Shown piece by piece: positions 39,042-43,396 of a stretch of 43,396 nt of DNA. The position numbers and the translations under genes were made by a program. The stretch covers positions 1 to 43,396 of the forward strand of contig JAFAHI010000679.1 in assembly GCA_019237325.1 (NCBI GenBank), written 5' to 3'. Positions within the stretch are counted from its first letter, which is position 1. The number at the start of each line of letters is the position of its first letter. Below the pieces are notes generated by a model that had not been told where the DNA came from, searched no databases, and worked only from the letters and a program-made list of their open reading frames with translations. Source of the stretch: Verrucomicrobiota bacterium. Its GTDB lineage: Bacteria > Verrucomicrobiota > Verrucomicrobiia > Chthoniobacterales > JAFAMB01.

Positions 39042-39150
39042 CGCGAGACAGTAGGAATTTCTAATGCTGTAGCCGTACTGACGCACGTTACTGAATTTGG
39101 TTTCATAAGCGAGTCGGACTTTTGCTCGCGAGGGAGGGAAGGTCGTCCCT

Positions 39151-39241
39151 TCGTACTCGTCCTCGTCGTCGTCCTCGTCCTCGGTTCCGGCCGGACGGGG
39201 TGATGGAGTATTGGAGTGACGGAGTAATGGAGTGTTGGAGG
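39151..39241. repeat. (GAGGAC/GACGAC)n array plus a GGAGTRWTG nonamer-like array
   Basis: 'tcgtactcgtcctcgtcgtcgtcctcgtcctcgg' at 39151-39184 and 'ggtgatggagtattggagtgacggagtaatggagtgttggagg' at 39199-39241. Confidence 0.65.
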
Positions 39242-39467
39242 ACTGCTCGGTATCCGAATTGTCCCCGGGATTGCGGGGTCGAACAGCTCTATTTACCCGA
39301 TAAATGCAGTAAAATAAGAGCGGATCTGATGACGAGCAATAATCCGACCCAAGCGAGGAGCTGGACCCCGACTCGACGAAGAACGTGCAACCAATCGTTT
39401 GGTAGAGGCATGGGCGGGTCGGGGGCAGACTAGCGGCGGATTCAAGATAGATCAGGTCGGGCTTTTG

Positions 39468-39731
39468 TCCCGTAGGGACTAGATGAAGGTAGCCAGGTAA
39501 TTCATTGCCTGGAAACACTCCGAGATCGAATCCGTCCCGTAGGGAACGGTCTGATTGGTGGAAGCCACGGTCATCATTCGATAACCAAACGTGTTCGCAA
39601 ACCCAGATAGGCGACGTGCAACGGTATCACAACTCGCGGAAACCACTCACACCGTACCCTACGGGACGGTCCGTTATGGGGCGATTCCAGGAAATAAATT
39701 GCCTGGCTACCATCATTCAGTCCGTTCGGGA
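39468..39731. repeat. MITE-like nested palindrome (GGTAGCCAGGNAAT core)
   Basis: Outer arms 39468-39514 / 39685-39731 (gtcccg..ggtagccaggtaattcattgcctggaa). Inner arms 'ccgtcccgtagggaacgg' at 39532-39549 and 'ccgtaccctacgggacgg' at 39652-39669. Confidence 0.75.
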
Positions 39732-39759
39732 CCAGAGAGCTCCGTCCCCCGATCGGCGC

Positions 39760-40539
39760 CTAACCCTTATACTCCGCCAACACGCTCGCGATCTTTTCTT
39801 CAGCTAACTCGGTAAAAGCAATTCGCGTCTTCGGCTTCCGCTCGAGAAGCGCCGTCTCAACCGAGTAATCTTTCAATTGAGTCTTCAGGAAATTCTTCAG
39901 CTCTTCTCGCGAAGGGATATCGGCGTGATCCTCGTCCATGGTGTAAAGACCGACCCCCCACGCTCTGACGGCCAAGGCTAACGAACTATTTAAGGGGCCA
40001 ACTTGCTCATTGCGGAGGAACAAGGCGATTTGCTCGGCGGAACGCCGCGTTCCGGAGATCACGGCAAAATGGTCTCTCCCTTTTCCCGAGCTCATGGAGT
40101 TGGCCGTCATAGAGCCATCGTAATCGAGCGCAACGAAGAGATCGTCAGCGGGCGTAGCCCCGACTTCGGCAAAGAGTAGCCGGGCCAGGTACGGAGCGCC
40201 GTAAATCTGTTCAAAAGCCTGTTTCAGCGCCGGGCTAAAGCTATACGTCGCCATGCGACGCAAGGAGACATCGCTAACTGACCGGGCAAACCCTTCGGTG
40301 CTAGCCAGTTCAATGGCCATCATGCGAAGACGTTCGATATCTCCGGGGTGGCCAATTCCTCCGAGAGCGATCTGGTCATAGATCTCGAAGATTTTCTTAC
40401 GATCCTTGCCGAAGGTCAGAAGTAACACTCCTTCCTGGCAACTCAATGCAATGGTGGGGCTGCCGGGCGCGAGCTCGCTTTCGATGTATTCTCGCCGATT
40501 CGCGATCGCCTCGACCCAACGATACGGTTCATCTATCAT
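39760..40539 (-). CDS. prcA: Bacterial 20S proteasome alpha subunit
   Basis: 259 aa, 5 nt downstream of prcB. 'GSPTIALSCQEGVLLLTFGKDRKKIFEIYDQIALGGIGHPGDIERLR' follows the PrcA pattern. No N-terminal Thr nucleophile. Confidence 0.85.
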   Translation of the reverse strand: MIDEPYRWVEAIANRREYIESELAPGSPTIALSCQEGVLLLTFGKDRKKIFEIYDQIALGGIGHPGDIERLRMMAIELASTEGFARSVSDVSLRRMATYSFSPALKQAFEQIYGAPYLARLLFAEVGATPADDLFVALDYDGSMTANSMSSGKGRDHFAVISGTRRSAEQIALFLRNEQVGPLNSSLALAVRAWGVGLYTMDEDHADIPSREELKNFLKTQLKDYSVETALLERKPKTRIAFTELAEEKIASVLAEYKG

Positions 40540-40544
40540 GGTGG

Positions 40545-41354
40545 TTAAATCGCCGCCTGAAACGATGAAGATAGCACGTCGTAGGGCACGGTGGTGATCC
40601 CGTCCTGGTTCACGATCTTAACGACCGGGAAGATCTTTCCCTGACGATCGATACCGCCGGTTGCGGTATCAGCCTCTGCCGCGGTATCGAGCGCGCGTAA
40701 AGCAATGGTAAGCGCACCCTTCTCATCTAGCTCTCGCAGCGGCGTTTTTCCCCAGGCGTTCTCATAATACAATATGCTCCGGACGGAAGGCCCGCCGGAA
40801 CCGCTCGCAGCAAAATCGGTGGCTTCGAACTGCGCGCCCATCGCATCATAGAAAAAGACCTTGGCTGGATCGTCCGCGCCATGATCATAGGTCGCGAATA
40901 ACGGCACCACGACGCCAACGCCTTGTAGAACCATCCCCAAATTGTCGCGCAGCAGCTTGGAAAGCGCGCGGACCTTACCTTCAAGGCTCATCTCCTGTAA
41001 CTGGCTACGGCGGTAAAACTGGAATGAATGTTCCAGCACTCGAGCCATTTCCCAGGCAGTAGCGGGTGATCCAGCGATCGCCATCACGGAGTGCCGGTCG
41101 ATTTCCAACACTTTGTCCGCTCGGTCGTACATCACCACGTTGCCTGCCGTGGCTCGGCGGTCCCCTGCAATCAGGACTCCGTTAGAAAACTTGAAGGCAA
41201 GAACCGTGGTGGCCTGCGTTTCTACAACCGGCTGGCGTCCGCCTACAGCCGGCAGATGTCCTTGAAGATGTTTATCTTCTCGTAAGGCACCAAAGCGCCG
41301 CAGCAAAGTCACGAAATCGCCCGCGTCCGCGGAATTCGATTCAAGTAACTCCAT
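40545..41354 (-). CDS. prcB: Bacterial 20S proteasome beta subunit (48-aa propeptide, Thr49 nucleophile)
   Basis: 269 aa. 'ETQA|TTVLAFKFSNGVLIAGDRRATAGNVVMYDRADKVLEI' carries the Thr1/Asp17/Lys33 equivalents. Confidence 0.9.
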   Translation of the reverse strand: MELLESNSADAGDFVTLLRRFGALREDKHLQGHLPAVGGRQPVVETQATTVLAFKFSNGVLIAGDRRATAGNVVMYDRADKVLEIDRHSVMAIAGSPATAWEMARVLEHSFQFYRRSQLQEMSLEGKVRALSKLLRDNLGMVLQGVGVVVPLFATYDHGADDPAKVFFYDAMGAQFEATDFAASGSGGPSVRSILYYENAWGKTPLRELDEKGALTIALRALDTAAEADTATGGIDRQGKIFPVVKIVNQDGITTVPYDVLSSSFQAAI

Positions 41355-41355
41355 T

Positions 41356-41532
41356 TTACTGGCCAGTCCGCTGCCGGTAGCGCTTCGACTGGTTCGGATC
41401 GACCTTTCGCATCCGCTTCAACAAATCTTTTGTGTCCGGCTTGGAGACATCAGGACTCCGCGGCCCGTCTCCATCTCCTTGCTTAGGTTCCCAAGGTGCC
41501 GGTGCTGGTGGTTTTTGCGTCCTCTCGGGCAT
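41356..41532 (-). CDS. ubact: UBact-type (Pup-like) small protein modifier; not in the ORF track (58 aa)
   Basis: My manual translation of the minus strand gives MPERTQKPPAPAPWEPKQGDGDGPRSPDVSKPDTKDLLKRMRKVDPNQSKRYRQRTGQ*. ATG at 41530-41532, TAA at 41356-41358, 1 nt before the prcB ATG. The disordered N-terminus and the conserved 'LLKRMRKVDP..SKRYRQRTGQ' tail fit the family. Confidence 0.8.
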   Translation of the reverse strand: MPERTQKPPAPAPWEPKQGDGDGPRSPDVSKPDTKDLLKRMRKVDPNQSKRYRQRTGQ

Positions 41533-41581
41533 ATACGTACAGTACTGAGTTACAAATTGGAAAGCAACTCAGAGCTCGCTC

Positions 41582-41706
41582 CGGACTCGCCTTAGGCTCG
41601 TCCGAATGACCAATGACAGATGACATAGTGTCGGCAGCGGAAACTCCGGATCTGTCATTTGTCATCTGTAATCTGTCATGCGGAGCGAGCCTAAGGCGAG
41701 TCTCCG
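41582..41706. repeat. Modular hairpin element: 'cgccttaggctcg' outer arms and ATGACAG heptamer inner arms
   Basis: Outer arms 41582-41604 / 41681-41706. Inner arms 41605-41627 / 41650-41679. It lies between the LysM gene stop and the UBact start. Confidence 0.8.
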
Positions 41707-42222
41707 CTAGTCTTGCTCGCTCGGCGATGGCGAAGCGCTGCCTCCGGATCCTGGAATTTTTAACGTCTGGCCGATCTGCAGCTTTTTTGCATCCGTTATT
41801 TTATTGAGTTGCTCAATATCCTCGACCGTGACGCCGTACTGTTTGGCGATCTGGGTCAACGTCTCCCCCTTCGCCACGACGTGGCTGCGGACGCCGCCCA
41901 CGGCAGTCGGTGACGGATTATCAACGCCGACCGTGCCCGGAACCGTCGCACTCGGACTTGCTGGAGTCGCCTTGGGCGCTGGAGAAGCTTTTGAAACCGC
42001 TGCGGCCCCTTTCTCAACTACGATCCCTTTATCTTTCAACGCTTCCGTTAAGCGAGTGATTTCGGCAGATAACCTGTTGATACGATCATCCTGTGATCTC
42101 AATTCAGCTTTGATGGCTTCAAGATCGCCTTGAGTCGTGGGGCCTCCTTTTTCCTGGGCTGCCAGGAATGAAATCGGCGCCATCATGAATGCGATCGCGG
42201 TAGCCAAGCGTTTCCCGTCCAT
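41707..42222 (-). CDS. Secreted coiled-coil protein with C-terminal LysM domain
   Basis: 171 aa with a signal peptide and the coiled coil 'LEAIKAELRSQDDRINRLSAEITRLTEAL'. LysM domain 'HVVAKGETLTQIAKQYGVTVEDIEQLNKITDAKKLQIGQTLKIP'. Confidence 0.8.
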   Translation of the reverse strand: MDGKRLATAIAFMMAPISFLAAQEKGGPTTQGDLEAIKAELRSQDDRINRLSAEITRLTEALKDKGIVVEKGAAAVSKASPAPKATPASPSATVPGTVGVDNPSPTAVGGVRSHVVAKGETLTQIAKQYGVTVEDIEQLNKITDAKKLQIGQTLKIPGSGGSASPSPSEQD

Positions 42223-42264
42223 CGCTCATTTGTGTACAACTGCCGGAACCAGCATGCAACCTGT

Positions 42265-43396
42265 TTAGAATATCCAAGATACGCCACCAAAGAAGCCACG
42301 CCGCGGCCCATACTGAGGCGCAAACACTCCGATGCCGGAACCGGTCCTCAGCTGGTAGGCATTATTGAAGAGATTGGTGATATCAAATCGCACTTGGATC
42401 TTTCCATATTCCGGCAAATTGAAGGTATGGCTTAGACCTACGTTGAACACCCAATACGCCGGGACTTCATCGGTGTTGGCAAACCCGTCTCTGAGGCCGT
42501 TCCCGTAAAGCATATCGCTGTACACCGTTGTGTTCATGAACGAGTACGAGATGCCGGCTGAAGCTGTGTAGCGTTGGTCGTGATCGAGAAAGACCCAATG
42601 ATTGTGTATGAAGGCGACCTCGTCCGCTCCAAACTGAAATTGTCCGGAACCGAGGGTCTTTCCGGTGCCGCGCTCAAAGCCGAAATTCAGATAGGCGTTA
42701 AATCCTTTCTCCGAATAGTTAGCGGTTACTTCGGTGCCGTATTGGTTGCCTTGTACATAGTTGAATGGGGCAAAGATCAGGGCAGCGCCGAACTGGCCTA
42801 GATCCAATAGGTCGTGCGCTTCTTTATAATAGGCATCCACGCCCATGGAAAAAGCGCTGGTGAATTGCTCGGTTATGCCTGCATCAAAGTAGTCGGCTTT
42901 CTCCGGCTGAACCGGTGAACTTATATTAACGGCAGCTTGATTGCTGGTACCGATAAACTTCGCCAGATCTCGATTATTTACCAGTTCCAGCGGCGGCGGC
43001 GTGAAGTATTTAGAATACCCGGCATGCAGCGTCGTGATACTGGTTGCTTTTAGGACGATGTTGACCCGCGGACTAAGCTGATTTGCATGTGCGTATTCAT
43101 CGACGACGTCGAATCGACTTCCGAAGTTAATGGTCAAAGGCGTAAACGGGTGCCATTCGTCCTGTAGGTAGAACCCGTAATAAAGCCCGAGCTTACTGGT
43201 ATCGTCAGTGATATCGATCGGTATATTGGAGGTTTGGAATCCGGGCCCCCCAGGAAAAACCAAATCGTTGCTATCTCCTATTGCCTTCTCCACTGACACC
43301 AGAAATCCTCCCCGGATGGTATGCTGGTCGTTCAACCGCCAAGCCGCATCAAATTGGACCCCGTTGGAAAAAATATTGTCGTTAACGCGGCTAGCT
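42265..43396 (-). CDS. TonB-dependent receptor, C-terminal beta-barrel part (5' end outside the window)
   Basis: The frame stays open to the window edge. Alternating beta-strand pattern, with the terminal 'RGFFGGVSWIF' (C-terminal Phe) typical of TBDR/OMP barrels. Confidence 0.85.
   Translation of the reverse strand, partial: ASRVNDNIFSNGVQFDAAWRLNDQHTIRGGFLVSVEKAIGDSNDLVFPGGPGFQTSNIPIDITDDTSKLGLYYGFYLQDEWHPFTPLTINFGSRFDVVDEYAHANQLSPRVNIVLKATSITTLHAGYSKYFTPPPLELVNNRDLAKFIGTSNQAAVNISSPVQPEKADYFDAGITEQFTSAFSMGVDAYYKEAHDLLDLGQFGAALIFAPFNYVQGNQYGTEVTANYSEKGFNAYLNFGFERGTGKTLGSGQFQFGADEVAFIHNHWVFLDHDQRYTASAGISYSFMNTTVYSDMLYGNGLRDGFANTDEVPAYWVFNVGLSHTFNLPEYGKIQVRFDITNLFNNAYQLRTGSGIGVFAPQYGPRRGFFGGVSWIF

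Noticed and set aside
39042-39518. N-terminal 159-aa extension of track ORF 38115..39518 (includes 'PGNELPGY', 'TEDEDDDEDEYEG')
   Set aside because: The extension runs through the GAGGAC array and reaches into the left edge of the MITE-like element. A canonical signal peptide begins at the internal ATG 39041. The same reasoning trims 2794->2875, 12633->12516, 31733->31670, 22529->22472, 19314->19287, 37968->37929, 33844->33784, 35160->35118 and 29597->29558.
41483-41665. 60-aa minus-strand ORF in the track
   Set aside because: It lies mostly inside the hairpin element at 41582-41706 and overlaps the start of the far better supported UBact-like ORF in a different frame.
1-43396. Search for tRNA, rRNA, tmRNA, transposase, integrase and phage structural genes
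   Set aside because: I saw no T-loop-like GGTTCGAATCC context with a cloverleaf, no rRNA-like stretches, and no DDE, tyrosine or serine recombinase motifs in any listed ORF. The accessory-looking island therefore has no visible mobility genes. This was checked by eye only, so small RNAs could have been missed.

Overview
A 43.4-kb bacterial chromosomal window, gene-dense on both strands. I call about 43 protein-coding genes. By eye I found no rRNA, tRNA, CRISPR array, transposase, integrase or phage genes. The lineage is probably Verrucomicrobia-like or a related PVC/Nitrospirae-type group. This is inferred from a UBact-type modifier next to prcB/prcA and from the style of the intergenic repeats; it was not tested.

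Ordinary content: GNAT, PhzF-like isomerase, class V aminotransferase, DsbA-like protein, KirBac K+ channel, MBL-rhodanese persulfide dioxygenase-like protein plus DUF302, two SDRs, DUF72, NlpC/P60, FemAB/GNAT-like protein, YqjG-type glutathionyl-hydroquinone reductase, phosphofructokinase, a PG-binding protein, a LysM protein and a partial TonB-dependent receptor.

Four blocks stand out:
1. 20.6-31.7 kb, a signalling/conflict-like island. An ECF-like sigma is followed by three tandem mini anti-sigma-like paralogs. Divergent from it is a row of four genes: stand-alone GAF, a translationally coupled cytosolic subtilase, an exported trypsin-like protease, and a TPR(DUF4071-like)/SLOG-like/class III cyclase protein. 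After these come two zinc-ribbon miniproteins, a GAF-like LuxR regulator and a TIR-TM-TPR protein.
2. 3.9-10.1 kb. An ECF sigma and a Ser/Thr kinase-TPR pair lie upstream of a graspetide-like trio: a two-repeat 241-aa putative precursor, a degenerate ATP-grasp and an intact MvdC/D-like ATP-grasp.
3. 39.8-41.5 kb. A prcB-prcA proteasome operon is preceded by a 58-aa UBact-like ORF ending in ...YRQRTGQ. The ORF track misses it because it is shorter than 60 aa.
4. Nearly every intergenic region is filled by hairpin elements whose arms are imperfect tandem 7-8-mers. There are also several nested-palindrome MITE-like elements. These repeats create many false N-terminal ORF extensions and, in places, supply real terminal codons.

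All functional calls come from motif reading only. No database search was possible.
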